From: a virus
Lineage: Duplodnaviria; Caudoviricetes
Reading direction: 5' to 3' (one strand)
IMG/VR virus record: IMGVR_UViG_3300033233_000074
Span: 1 to 42,416 of that record
DNA length: 42,416 bases
Position 1 is the stretch's first letter. Each line of letters opens with the position of its first letter. The translations under genes and the position numbers were made by a program. Shown one piece after another: positions 25,948 to 35,266 of the stretch. The notes beneath the pieces were generated by a model. The model was given only the letters and a program-made list of their open reading frames with translations. It was not told the DNA's origin and ran no database searches.

Positions 25948-26745
25948 ATGAGCAACTTATCCATGGTCAAATCTGAAACCTTCGGAAACGTCCAATGCGA
26001 TTTCTGGCAGAACGAAGCGGGCGACGTGTTTATGACATCAAAACAACTGGGAGCGGCTCTTGGCTATGCCGACCCCCAGAAGGGCATGGACAATTTAGTC
26101 GACCGGAACCCACAACTTAAGGATGAACAGTTTTCAGTTACCCTCAAGATGAGGGGTACTGACGGAAAGCTCTATAACACAAGGGTATTTAACGAAGACG
26201 GCATCTATGAAGCGACTATGCTTGCAAAAACAGACCGTGCAGCCGAATTCCGCGCCTGGGTGCGCAAGATCCTGAAAGCACTCCGGACCGGTCAAGCTCA
26301 ACTAATCACTCCCACGCCTGAACAACTCCGCTTAACTGAACTCAAACGCCAAGAGCTCGAAATCAAGGCCAAGAACGCGGAAGCCCGGCTGAAGAACGCA
26401 CAGGTCCGCCAGGCGCAGTTCATCCTCAAGGAAGTCGACAAGTTACGCGGTACACTGTCTGCCCAGGCCGTCGAACTGGTCAGCATCAACGCCCTTGAAA
26501 TCATCACCGGCCCGCACTCACTTCCCCGCCCGCAAGTCGAAAGGACTTACAGCGCTGAGGACATAGCCAAGGAGGCCGGAGTGAGCGCAAATAAGATCGG
26601 CCGACTTGCAAACCAGCACAGCCTGAAAACGTCTGAGTACGGCATCACTGTCCTGGATAAGTCTCCGCATAGCGATAAGCAAGTCACGACGTTCAGGTAC
26701 AACGAGCGTGGGCGGTCAAAGTTGCTGGAGTTATTGAAACCCTAA
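25948..26745 (+). CDS. Bro-N-domain antirepressor
   Basis: FMTSKQLGAALGY, FNEDGIYE, AAEFRAWV; C-terminal YSAEDIAKE...SANKIG. Confidence 0.88.
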   Translation: MSNLSMVKSETFGNVQCDFWQNEAGDVFMTSKQLGAALGYADPQKGMDNLVDRNPQLKDEQFSVTLKMRGTDGKLYNTRVFNEDGIYEATMLAKTDRAAEFRAWVRKILKALRTGQAQLITPTPEQLRLTELKRQELEIKAKNAEARLKNAQVRQAQFILKEVDKLRGTLSAQAVELVSINALEIITGPHSLPRPQVERTYSAEDIAKEAGVSANKIGRLANQHSLKTSEYGITVLDKSPHSDKQVTTFRYNERGRSKLLELLKP

Positions 26746-26816
26746 CACGGCACCACAACCGGCGGATCCGGTTGCTAGTGAGCTAAAGGTTAACCACTCT
26801 CTCAAGTTGGAATTCA

Positions 26817-27022
26817 GATGCAGATTATCAGGCGCAGGGTGTCGGGCTTTCGTGGGCAGGTTATCGGTATCGTCCTCACTGCCTATGCGTTGCACCTTCC
26901 GGGTTACACAAGCGAATTCACCCAGTTTGGCTCATAGTTATCCTCCCGGCCGAGGAGTTTCTATGAATTAACCCGATGCACAACCGCAAATTACTCTGCG
27001 GCGGGGCAGTTTAATCTGCATC
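26817..27022 (-). ncRNA. Candidate structured ncRNA (~206 nt)
   Basis: Perfect 11-bp terminal stem GATGCAGATTA/TAATCTGCATC with nested stems; no ORF in the track; SigH-like promoter at 27056-27029 on the minus strand. Confidence 0.6.
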
Positions 27023-27075
27023 AATAGAATTTCGACGCTGGAGAGGGAAACCCTGTCAGAAAGGCAGGTGCCACC

Positions 27076-27306
27076 ATGACCAAAGAAGAAAAAATCGACC
27101 ACATCTATCACGTTCTCATCGCCGACATCTGTATGGCTCGTCAAGAAGGACGCATACCCGACACCGCTAAGGCCGTCGCCAACATGAGGAAAGGCGTGAA
27201 ACGCGAGCTAAAAACTGGCCGGTTCTCCGAGCGCGAAGCAAAGGAGATAAATGAGGTCATCACAATAGCCTACTGCCGGGTGAAACAGCAGCAGGGCAGG
27301 ATTTGA
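27076..27306 (+). CDS. Hypothetical protein
   Basis: 76 aa, AGGTG RBS. Confidence 0.65.
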   Translation: MTKEEKIDHIYHVLIADICMARQEGRIPDTAKAVANMRKGVKRELKTGRFSEREAKEINEVITIAYCRVKQQQGRI

Positions 27307-27497
27307 GGCGTCGGGCTTTTTCTTCTTGGGGGTTGAGTGGACAAGCCATGCGAGAGGAGGTGAAAACATGAGTAAAGCGCTACGGTCTATGGGGTACACG
27401 GAAAAAGAGAAAGCCGTCGCCCGCCGGTTGAAAGAGCAGAAGGGTGGACTAGGTTATTGAGCTGCCAAAGATGCTGTGAAGAAGGGATTGAAGCCGA

Positions 27498-27866
27498 GTG
27501 AGAATTGATAGCCGCGGCGACATCCTCATCCGCGACTTCCGCTGCTGCATGTGCCCGCAGGTCAACCAAAACAAGCGAATTTGCGCCGGCGTTCCGGGTT
27601 CTGCGCATCCGCACGATACTATCTGTGATTTTGTTGTCCGGTACCGGGATGCCCGCGGCTGGACGTATTTCGTCAGGGGTGGTCTTCAGGATCAATACAA
27701 GACTTTCGTCAAAAAGGACCCGACGAAACCGGCCGGGATTGGAGAGCATGCTTATCGGGGTCTGCCCTGGCGGGAGACGTTCGACAAAGCGCAGGAGGAT
27801 TTGAACAGGCTGGCTCAGGCCAAGGGATGGGAAGTATTCAAGCCAGAAAGGGGGATGGGTAGTTGA
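27498..27866 (+). CDS. Hypothetical protein
   Basis: 122 aa in the early operon. Confidence 0.6.
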   Translation: MRIDSRGDILIRDFRCCMCPQVNQNKRICAGVPGSAHPHDTICDFVVRYRDARGWTYFVRGGLQDQYKTFVKKDPTKPAGIGEHAYRGLPWRETFDKAQEDLNRLAQAKGWEVFKPERGMGS

Positions 27867-27986
27867 ACCGGTGTGAAAAGTGCCTTTGCATGAGATGCGT
27901 GGGGTGCGACGATCCCGCATGCGCTGATTGCGAAGAACGAGAAATCGTGGTCCAGTGTAACACCTACGAAGAAAAGGAGGCCTCCA

Positions 27987-28178
27987 ATGCTCCGCAAACT
28001 TCTTGAATCCCGTATCGGCCAACTATCAGACCGTGAGTTCCGCGAGATCATACAGCTCGCAACCGCAGACATCGTCGTCAACCGCATTGCCTTCGGCCGG
28101 TGGACAAGCTTTCACGAAGCGATGCAGATCGCGGAGATATGCTGCACCGTGCTCCAGCGAGGCAGGAATGTAGCGTAG
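27987..28178 (+). CDS. Hypothetical protein
   Basis: 63 aa, AGGAGG RBS. Confidence 0.7.
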   Translation: MLRKLLESRIGQLSDREFREIIQLATADIVVNRIAFGRWTSFHEAMQIAEICCTVLQRGRNVA

Positions 28179-28195
28179 GGAGGAGGTGATAATGA

Positions 28196-28561
28196 ATGAA
28201 CTATCAGCTAAACCACAGCCGACATATTGATATTTACGCCAAAGACATAGGGGATAAAGCCTATCGTGACGCAAAAACGACCCCTACGGCAAAACAAATA
28301 AAATTTTACAAAAAATTATATGCCCTATGTAAGGAAAACGGTATCGACACAAAAACGGGGGAGTACACAAGAACCAGAGTAGAATACGCCTTGGCAATCG
28401 ACAAACTGATTGAAAGATTAAAAGCGAACGGTATAGACGTTAACGGAAATGGCAAAGAAGCAACTTATGTGCTAACAGTCGGTAGCGACCGACGCGGTAG
28501 GGATTATGTGAACGAGAGAATAGAAGTACATTCTGAAAGGGGTGAACCCTTCAATGCCTGA
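28196..28561 (+). CDS. Hypothetical protein
   Basis: 121 aa, GGAGGTG RBS; PTAKQIKF motif. Confidence 0.7.
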   Translation: MNYQLNHSRHIDIYAKDIGDKAYRDAKTTPTAKQIKFYKKLYALCKENGIDTKTGEYTRTRVEYALAIDKLIERLKANGIDVNGNGKEATYVLTVGSDRRGRDYVNERIEVHSERGEPFNA

Positions 28562-28792
28562 CCAAAAACAAAAAGGCCCGCAGGAGCTAGCACTCCAAGC
28601 GGACCACAAAGAAATTACCCTTACCAACAGTATAGCATACCAGACCAAAAACATTCCAGATCGCAGCATGATTGGCCTGGACAGCTTTGTTGGCACAGTC
28701 TGGGATTTCCGGAGCTATCTAAAAGCCCAGCGCCACTTCCTGGCGGCAGGGGTAATTGCCCCATAACGAAAGTCGAAGGAGGAGAAGCACGC

Positions 28793-29002
28793 ATGAAAAC
28801 CTTATACGAATGCGAGCACTGCGGGTTTCAGGGCGTTAACCAAGAAGAAGTTGCAGCTTGTGAGAAGCGGCATTTACAGGCCACTGGTGCCTCTGTTGTT
28901 CGTGTAGGTGCATTTAACCAATTCGATAAGTCCCCAGGCTATGTAGTCGTGAAATTCGCTGATGGGACCACAGTGCAATACTGTTGCCCAAGCGAGGAGT
29001 AA
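28793..29002 (+). CDS. Small Zn-finger hypothetical protein
   Basis: YECEHCG...CEKRH; GGAGGAG RBS. Confidence 0.7.
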   Translation: MKTLYECEHCGFQGVNQEEVAACEKRHLQATGASVVRVGAFNQFDKSPGYVVVKFADGTTVQYCCPSEE

Positions 29003-29230
29003 GGAGGCCGGAGTTATGACCAAGCGTGATCGCCAAAAGCGGGATGAGTGCTGGCGCAGCGACTGTAAGTATTTTGAATGGCATTGTGAACTTTTCCACG
29101 GCCGCGAGTGCAAAATGCTCGGTGGTACCAAGATCCCACGGATGCGCGACTTGACTAAAACGCTGGACCTAGCGCCAAGGAGCCAATCCGTCGGCATGAA
29201 GCCATATTTCATTCAGGCGGCTGATCGAAC

Positions 29231-29944
29231 ATGACCAAGGCGGCAAAAGCTAACCCATTTGCTCGAACCTATGGAACCAAACTGCTTGAGCCGCCCAGTC
29301 CGGCTCAACCGGCTTCGGAGCCAGTTACCAGGCACTATGACGTGGTGCTGTACGAGCTCACGCGCGAACTGGAGTATCTGGAAGGAGATGAATCCATGGC
29401 GTTTGGAGATAGAGAGAGTATTGCCGAAGGCAAACGCCGGGCCGCCAGGATGAAGGCCGCCATTAAGACTGTGGCAGATTTCGAAACCGCCGGCGGGGCG
29501 GAGGCGCTGGCTGAGAAGTACGGCATCAGCGTCCAGGCGGCAAAAAGGTACTTGGTCAAGCTCCAAAAAGAAGAGCAGTGGAGAGCGGCGATATGGACAA
29601 GGCCGGAGCCCGCGAAACCGGCACCGGTGCCAGAGCCTGAGCCAGAGAGACCAGAGGAACCCGCACCGATAGAACCGGACAGAACCGAAACTCCGAAGCC
29701 AACGGAACCCGAGGATGAAGCATTGGAACTGTCACGCAGGCTTCTGAACGTGGTCTTAAGCCTGGCCAAGACTCAAGCCTATGTGGGGGTAAAACGCTAC
29801 TTCCTTGACAGCATCGCCGATGCCGAGGCCCAGGCAGCTGCGGCAAGCACGACTGTAGAGAGGCTTGCCGGCCAGATGCGAGCAGAGATGCTGAGGCAGA
29901 TTCAAGATGAGCTGGGAGCTGTACTAGCGGGTGACTCGACATGA
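29231..29944 (+). CDS. Hypothetical protein with HTH-like segment and Pro/Glu linker
   Basis: 237 aa; an internal GGAG RBS suggests a possible start at MAFGD (~29397). Confidence 0.6.
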   Translation: MTKAAKANPFARTYGTKLLEPPSPAQPASEPVTRHYDVVLYELTRELEYLEGDESMAFGDRESIAEGKRRAARMKAAIKTVADFETAGGAEALAEKYGISVQAAKRYLVKLQKEEQWRAAIWTRPEPAKPAPVPEPEPERPEEPAPIEPDRTETPKPTEPEDEALELSRRLLNVVLSLAKTQAYVGVKRYFLDSIADAEAQAAAASTTVERLAGQMRAEMLRQIQDELGAVLAGDST

Positions 29945-30085
29945 TTTATGAGCGGTTTTTGGGTCACCTCAAACAGTGCGGAGGCTGTACCGGGCTCCGG
30001 AGCATTGAAAAATGCCGGTTTGCGATCCCGTGTGCCGTAGCCGAAGTTCTTGCAAGGAAAGGGATGATTTCTGATTCGAAGGATC

Positions 30086-30508
30086 TTGTTGCTGGTAATG
30101 GCCATGCTGATTCTGATACCTGGACAAGCCCTAGCCCCGGAGCTTCCGAAAATATCCCGGCCGGCCTTGGTCCCTGCAGTACCGAATATTAGCCGCGGCG
30201 AACCTGCGCCCCGGGTGGAGCGCAGAATCATGAAAGTCACAGCCTATACATCACATGACAAGGGGATGGACGGTAAGGGAATTACAGCAAGTGGGGAGCG
30301 GGTTCAGGAGGGCCGGACGATAGCAGGTGATCCGGAAATACCGTTCGGTAGTCAGATCTATATCCCGGCGCTGGGCAAGACGTACACGGTGACGGACCGG
30401 GGCGGGGCGATTCGGGGGGACCGCTTAGACGTTTACATGGAGGACCGGCGTCAGGCTTTGGAGTTTGGGGTGCGGGAATTGGAGGTGTGGATAAGGTTTG
30501 GCAATTAG
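30086..30508 (+). CDS. 3D-domain (MltA-like) secreted cell-wall protein
   Basis: Signal peptide; VTAY...ITASG...IAGDP-IPFGS...DRGGAIRGDRLDVY. Confidence 0.9.
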   Translation: MLLVMAMLILIPGQALAPELPKISRPALVPAVPNISRGEPAPRVERRIMKVTAYTSHDKGMDGKGITASGERVQEGRTIAGDPEIPFGSQIYIPALGKTYTVTDRGGAIRGDRLDVYMEDRRQALEFGVRELEVWIRFGN

Positions 30509-30938
30509 CCAAGGACTATTTTCTTCAGCTACTGATGAATGGGAAACGCCGCAAGACCTCTTTGATGAACTAAACGCCGAATTCAGCTTTACCGTAGACG
30601 TCTGTGCTCTGCCAATCAACGCGAAATGCTCGCGGTTCTTTACGCCTGAACAGGATGGCCTCATCCAGGAATGGAGTTTAGAAACCTGCTGGATGAATCC
30701 GCCCTACGGCCGCCAAATCGGCAAGTGGATCCGCAAGGCCTATGAAGAAAGCCAAAAGGGGGCCACGGTGGTCTGTTTGCTACCGGCCAGGACGGATACA
30801 GCCTGGTGGCATGATTACTGCGTGAAAGGTGAGATTCGCTTCATCCGGGGCCGTTTAAAGTTCGGAGGAAGCAAGAACAGTGCGCCGTTTCCCAGTGCGA
30901 TTGTGATATTTAGGCCCAGGGAGAGAATGAAACAATGA
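30498..30938 (+). CDS. Phage N6-adenine DNA methyltransferase (T1 Dam-like)
   Basis: DEWETP, WMNPPYG, LLPARTDT, APFPSA. Confidence 0.92.
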   Translation: MAISQGLFSSATDEWETPQDLFDELNAEFSFTVDVCALPINAKCSRFFTPEQDGLIQEWSLETCWMNPPYGRQIGKWIRKAYEESQKGATVVCLLPARTDTAWWHDYCVKGEIRFIRGRLKFGGSKNSAPFPSAIVIFRPRERMKQ

Positions 30939-31312
30939 AACGCATCTTTATTAGTCATCCCTTTCGCAATGACCCCGAAGGCAATATAAAGAAAATCCGG
31001 CTCATCGAAAAGCGTCTGGCAGCCCTCGGAATCGCATATTTTTCTCCGTTGAGCAATTACCAGGCTCTCGAAGATACCGACGCGAAGCAGCGAGAGTTCG
31101 GGCTGAGATGTTGCGAAGAATGGATACCATATTGCGATGAGATATGGTTCTTTGATGATTGGGAGCAGTCAGAGGGGTGCCAAAGGGAGTATCTGACAGC
31201 ATTGACTGAGCTAATTCCCATTTATGTCGTCGCTGGCTGGAAGGGATACTCTCCAGGGTTTAAAGGGGCATGGCCGGAATGGCTCAAAGATAAGTGGGGG
31301 GAACGACAGTGA
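30935..31312 (+). CDS. Nucleoside-2-deoxyribosyltransferase-like / DUF4406-type protein
   Basis: IFISHPF, CDEIW...SEGCQRE. Confidence 0.75.
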   Translation: MKRIFISHPFRNDPEGNIKKIRLIEKRLAALGIAYFSPLSNYQALEDTDAKQREFGLRCCEEWIPYCDEIWFFDDWEQSEGCQREYLTALTELIPIYVVAGWKGYSPGFKGAWPEWLKDKWGERQ

Positions 31313-31872
31313 AAACTCGTTTCATCGAACTCTGGCAGAACGTCAAGCGTGAAGGCGTCCAGGACTTACTCAACTGGCTCGAAACCACTGACTTTTACAC
31401 GGCCCCATGTAGTACCAAGTATCATTTGTCTCGGGAAGGCGGCTTATTGGAGCATTCACTAAACGTCTTTGATTGCCTTGTAAAAAGGGAAGCCGTGAGT
31501 CTTGAATCCGCTACGATAACCGCCTTATCCCACGACTTCTGCAAGATAGATTTCTATACCCAAGAAATGCGGAACGTCAAAGAGGATGGTGCATGGGTTC
31601 AAAAGCCTTTCTACACCGTCAATGACCAATTTCCTTATGGTCATGGCGAAAAGTCAGCCCTGTTTGTAAACCGATTCATTAAGCTTAAGCCCTCCGAATT
31701 CATGGCCATTCGATGGCACATGGGAGGGTTCACTCCTGGCATCCAAGATTATTCGATAGCTCAGGCCATGAATGAAGCATTTAGGAATTACCCGTTAGCT
31801 TTATATCTTCATATGGCAGACCTGGAAGCGACTTATATTCTCGAAAATCAAGAAAGGATGGGGACATTTTGA
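31309..31872 (+). CDS. HD-domain phosphohydrolase
   Basis: GGLLEHSLNV, HDFCK, GHGEKS, AIRWHMG, HMAD. Confidence 0.9.
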   Translation: MKTRFIELWQNVKREGVQDLLNWLETTDFYTAPCSTKYHLSREGGLLEHSLNVFDCLVKREAVSLESATITALSHDFCKIDFYTQEMRNVKEDGAWVQKPFYTVNDQFPYGHGEKSALFVNRFIKLKPSEFMAIRWHMGGFTPGIQDYSIAQAMNEAFRNYPLALYLHMADLEATYILENQERMGTF

Positions 31873-33137
31873 GTATCAAGATTAACAAGCTTGAAATCGA
31901 AAACGTCAAGCGAGTTAAGGCGGTAAAAATCGAGCCTTCTGCTAATGGACTGACTATCGTCGGCGGAAAAAACAATCAAGGAAAAACGTCCGTTCTCGAT
32001 TCCATCGCCTGGGCACTGGGAGGTGAAAAATATCGGCCGTCGCAGCCCCAGCGAGACGGATCCGTTATCCCGCCTTCTCTTCATATCGTCCTAAGCAATG
32101 GCTTGGTTGTCGAGCGCAAAGGTAAAAACAGTGATCTGAAAGTCATTGATCCGAACGGCCAGAAGGGCGGCCAACAACTTCTCAATGAGTTCGTGGAACA
32201 GCTCGCGTTGGATCTGCCCAAGTTTATGCAAGCAAGCGCCAAGGAAAAAGCTAACACTCTCCTTCAGATCATTGGCGTTGGAGACAAGCTTCATGAGTTG
32301 GAGCAAAAAGAGCAAGAACTTTATAATCGCCGCCGGACCATTGGTCAGATTGCAGACCAGAAAAAGAAGTTTGCCAAAGAAATGCCGTACTATCCGGATG
32401 CTCCGAAAGAGCCAATTTCGATCTCTGAATTATTAAGACAGCAGCAAGAGATCTTGGCCCGGAATGGCGAGAACCAACGCAAACGGGAAGATCTTCGAAA
32501 CCTCGAAATTCAGGCGGCAAATATTCAAAGGCAGATTGATGAGTTGTTAGCAAAGCAAGCCATCATTCTGGCGGATCTGGAAATTGCCAAAAAATCGGCG
32601 TTAGACTTACACGATGAGTCCACCGAAGAACTGGAAAACAACATCAGAAATATTGAAGAAATTAACATTAAGGTTCGAGTCAATCTCGACAAAGAAAAAG
32701 CTGAGGAAGATGCCCAGGACTATGCGAATCAGTATGCAATGCTTTCTGTTCAGATTGATGAGATTAGACAGGCAAAAACCGATCTTTTGAAAAATGCGGA
32801 TCTTCCCCTCCCTGGTTTGTCTGTCGTAGACGGTGAGTTAACCTATAACGGTTTCAAATGGGATAACATGAGTGGTTCTGATCAGCTCAAAGTCTCCACG
32901 GCAATTGTCCGCAAGTTGAACCCAAAATGCGGTTTTGTCTTACTTGATAAGTTGGAGCAAATGGATCTAGATACCCTTCGAGAGTTCGGCCAATGGCTAG
33001 AGCAGGAAGGGCTACAGGCTATCGCAACCCGGGTAAGCACTGGGCCCGAATGTTCCATTATAATTTCTGACGGTTATGTAGTTGGTGAAGAAGAACCTGT
33101 TCAAAGTCCTCCTACCTGGAAAGCTGGCGAGTTTTGA
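31869..33137 (+). CDS. SMC/RecF-like ABC-type ATPase of the phage recombination module
   Basis: GKNNQGKTS Walker A, coiled coil, MSGS signature, VLLDKLE. Confidence 0.88.
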   Translation: MSIKINKLEIENVKRVKAVKIEPSANGLTIVGGKNNQGKTSVLDSIAWALGGEKYRPSQPQRDGSVIPPSLHIVLSNGLVVERKGKNSDLKVIDPNGQKGGQQLLNEFVEQLALDLPKFMQASAKEKANTLLQIIGVGDKLHELEQKEQELYNRRRTIGQIADQKKKFAKEMPYYPDAPKEPISISELLRQQQEILARNGENQRKREDLRNLEIQAANIQRQIDELLAKQAIILADLEIAKKSALDLHDESTEELENNIRNIEEINIKVRVNLDKEKAEEDAQDYANQYAMLSVQIDEIRQAKTDLLKNADLPLPGLSVVDGELTYNGFKWDNMSGSDQLKVSTAIVRKLNPKCGFVLLDKLEQMDLDTLREFGQWLEQEGLQAIATRVSTGPECSIIISDGYVVGEEEPVQSPPTWKAGEF

Positions 33138-33141
33138 TATC

Positions 33142-33663
33142 ATGGGTAAATTTATTGATTTAACCGGGCAGCGCTTTGGCAAGCTTACGGTTATAGAGAG
33201 AGCAGGAACCCGAAACCGAGAGGCATTATGGCACTGTAAATGTGACTGTGGAAAAGACACCTTTTCACGTTCGGCCAGTCTTCGTAACGGGACATCGCAG
33301 TCTTGTGGTTGTTCTAGATTAACACATTTAATCGAATCACCGCCCCGTAAAACCCATGGCAATACCAAGGATCGTTTATATCGAATATGGCGAGGGATGA
33401 TTGACAGGTGCTATTATCCTACGCATAACAGATATCCTGCGTATGGCGGAAGAGGTATTTATATTTGCCAAGAATGGAAAAGTGATTTCGCATTCTTTCG
33501 AGACTGGGCTCTTTCTAATGGATATGATGAAAAAGCTCAGCGAGGAAAATGCACCATAGATCGAATCGATGTAAACGGCCCTTATGCTCCTTGGAACTGT
33601 CGATGGGTTGATGCAAAGACGCAGGCCAACAATAAAAGAAGCCATAAGGAGGAGGTAGTTTAA
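33142..33663 (+). CDS. Free-standing HNH-type endonuclease
   Basis: [44 protein letters not shown]...QANN. Confidence 0.85.
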   Translation: MGKFIDLTGQRFGKLTVIERAGTRNREALWHCKCDCGKDTFSRSASLRNGTSQSCGCSRLTHLIESPPRKTHGNTKDRLYRIWRGMIDRCYYPTHNRYPAYGGRGIYICQEWKSDFAFFRDWALSNGYDEKAQRGKCTIDRIDVNGPYAPWNCRWVDAKTQANNKRSHKEEVV

Positions 33664-34739
33664 TGGAAATCACAAGAGGAAAAATCGCCAGTGCCCAAAA
33701 GGTTGTTGTGTACGGTCCGGAGGGGATCGGGAAGTCAACCTTTGCGGCACAGTTCCCGAACCCAGTGTTCATCGACACCGAAGGCAGCACAAAGCACATG
33801 GACGTAGCCCGGACACCGAAGCCCAGCAGCTGGGCCATGTTACTAGAGCAAGTCAAATATTTCAAGGCCAATCCTCATGCTTACAATACGTTAGTCATTG
33901 ATACCGCAGACTGGGCAGAACAGCTTTGCATCACTGAAATTTGCGCTAAGGCAAATAAAGGGGGTATTGAGGACTTTGGCTATGGCAAAGGATACGTGTA
34001 TCTTGCTGAAGAATTTGGCAAACTTCTAAACCTCCTCGAAGAACTTATTGAGTTAGGCATGAATGTCGTAATGACTGCTCACGCCCAAATGAGAAAATTT
34101 GAGCAACCTGATGAGATGGGTGCTTATGACCGGTGGGAGATGAAGCTGCAGAAAAAGACAGCTCCATTGGTCAAGGAGTGGGCTGACATGGTCTTCTTCG
34201 CGAATTATGAAACCTATGTAGTTAAAACGGATGATAAGAAGAATAAAGCCCAAGGGGGCAAACGGATCATCAATACGGCTCACCATCCTTGCTGGGACGC
34301 AAAGAACCGGCACGGTTTAGATCCTAAAATACCTTTTGAGTACAAAGCAATCGCGCATTGTATACCTGTTCGAAACGGGCAGCCACAGAATTTATCTCAA
34401 ATATCGACCAAGCCTGAACCGATTTTCCTCGATGACGTAGCACCAAAAGTAGAACCGCCCAAAAAACAACCAGAACAAGAACCACCGAAACAAGAACCAG
34501 CAAAACAAACTCCTTCAAGAAATGATCTCCAGGGCATTCCAAAGGCATTGGCCGATCTCATGATCGCGAACAATGTAACGACAGAAGAAATCCAGCAAGC
34601 CGTAGCCACTCGTGGTTATTATCCGAAAAATACTCCAATCTCAAATTACGATCCGAACTTTATCACCGGCGTGCTGGTAGGTGCTTGGCCACAAGTCTTT
34701 AAAATGATCCAGGAGTTCAGGAATGATGAGCCGTTTTAA
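33663..34739 (+). CDS. Sak4-like AAA_24 ATPase (single-strand annealing recombinase)
   Basis: YGPEGIGKSTFA, LVIDTADW, WDAKNR. Confidence 0.85.
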   Translation: MEITRGKIASAQKVVVYGPEGIGKSTFAAQFPNPVFIDTEGSTKHMDVARTPKPSSWAMLLEQVKYFKANPHAYNTLVIDTADWAEQLCITEICAKANKGGIEDFGYGKGYVYLAEEFGKLLNLLEELIELGMNVVMTAHAQMRKFEQPDEMGAYDRWEMKLQKKTAPLVKEWADMVFFANYETYVVKTDDKKNKAQGGKRIINTAHHPCWDAKNRHGLDPKIPFEYKAIAHCIPVRNGQPQNLSQISTKPEPIFLDDVAPKVEPPKKQPEQEPPKQEPAKQTPSRNDLQGIPKALADLMIANNVTTEEIQQAVATRGYYPKNTPISNYDPNFITGVLVGAWPQVFKMIQEFRNDEPF

Positions 34740-34799
34740 CCTACCAAGACATCCCCGGCAATCCTAACTTAAAGATTAAAGAAAAGGAGAGAAAAAACC

Positions 34800-35264
34800 A
34801 TGAACGAACAAGGACGCGAACTAAACTGGGATGACCAAATCGAGAACGATAGTCCCGAGTTTGTAGTACTCCCGGAAGGCGACTATGACTTTGAAGTTAT
34901 TGACTTCGAAAGGGCACGGCACAATGGGAGCGAAAAACTTCCGCCATGTAACAAGGCAATTGTCCACATAAAGGTTCAAGGACCTGAAGGTATTGCGGTC
35001 ATTAAGCACAATCTTTATTTACATTCCACCACTGAAGGTTTGCTTTGTGCTTTCTTTACGGCCATCGGCCAGCGGAAGAAGGGTGAAAAAATTAGCATGA
35101 ACTGGAACGCTGTCATTGGATCTGTTGGCCGGGCAAAGATTGGCATCCGGAAGTGGAAAAAAGATGATGGCTCTGAACTTACCTTCAACGAAATTAAAAA
35201 ATTCTACGAACCTGAGGACGGTCCACAAAGCAGCAAAAAGGGCTTTGAGGCTGGGAGATTTTAA
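34800..35264 (+). CDS. Phage single-stranded DNA-binding protein (DUF669-like)
   Basis: LPEGDYDFEV...NEIKKF; lies between the Sak4-like gene and the helicase. Confidence 0.75.
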   Translation: MNEQGRELNWDDQIENDSPEFVVLPEGDYDFEVIDFERARHNGSEKLPPCNKAIVHIKVQGPEGIAVIKHNLYLHSTTEGLLCAFFTAIGQRKKGEKISMNWNAVIGSVGRAKIGIRKWKKDDGSELTFNEIKKFYEPEDGPQSSKKGFEAGRF

Positions 35265-35266
35265 GT

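Noticed and set aside
27387-28022. 211-aa minus-strand ORF and similar antisense ORFs across the window
   Set aside because: They shadow better-supported genes on the opposite strand and lack RBS or recognisable motifs.
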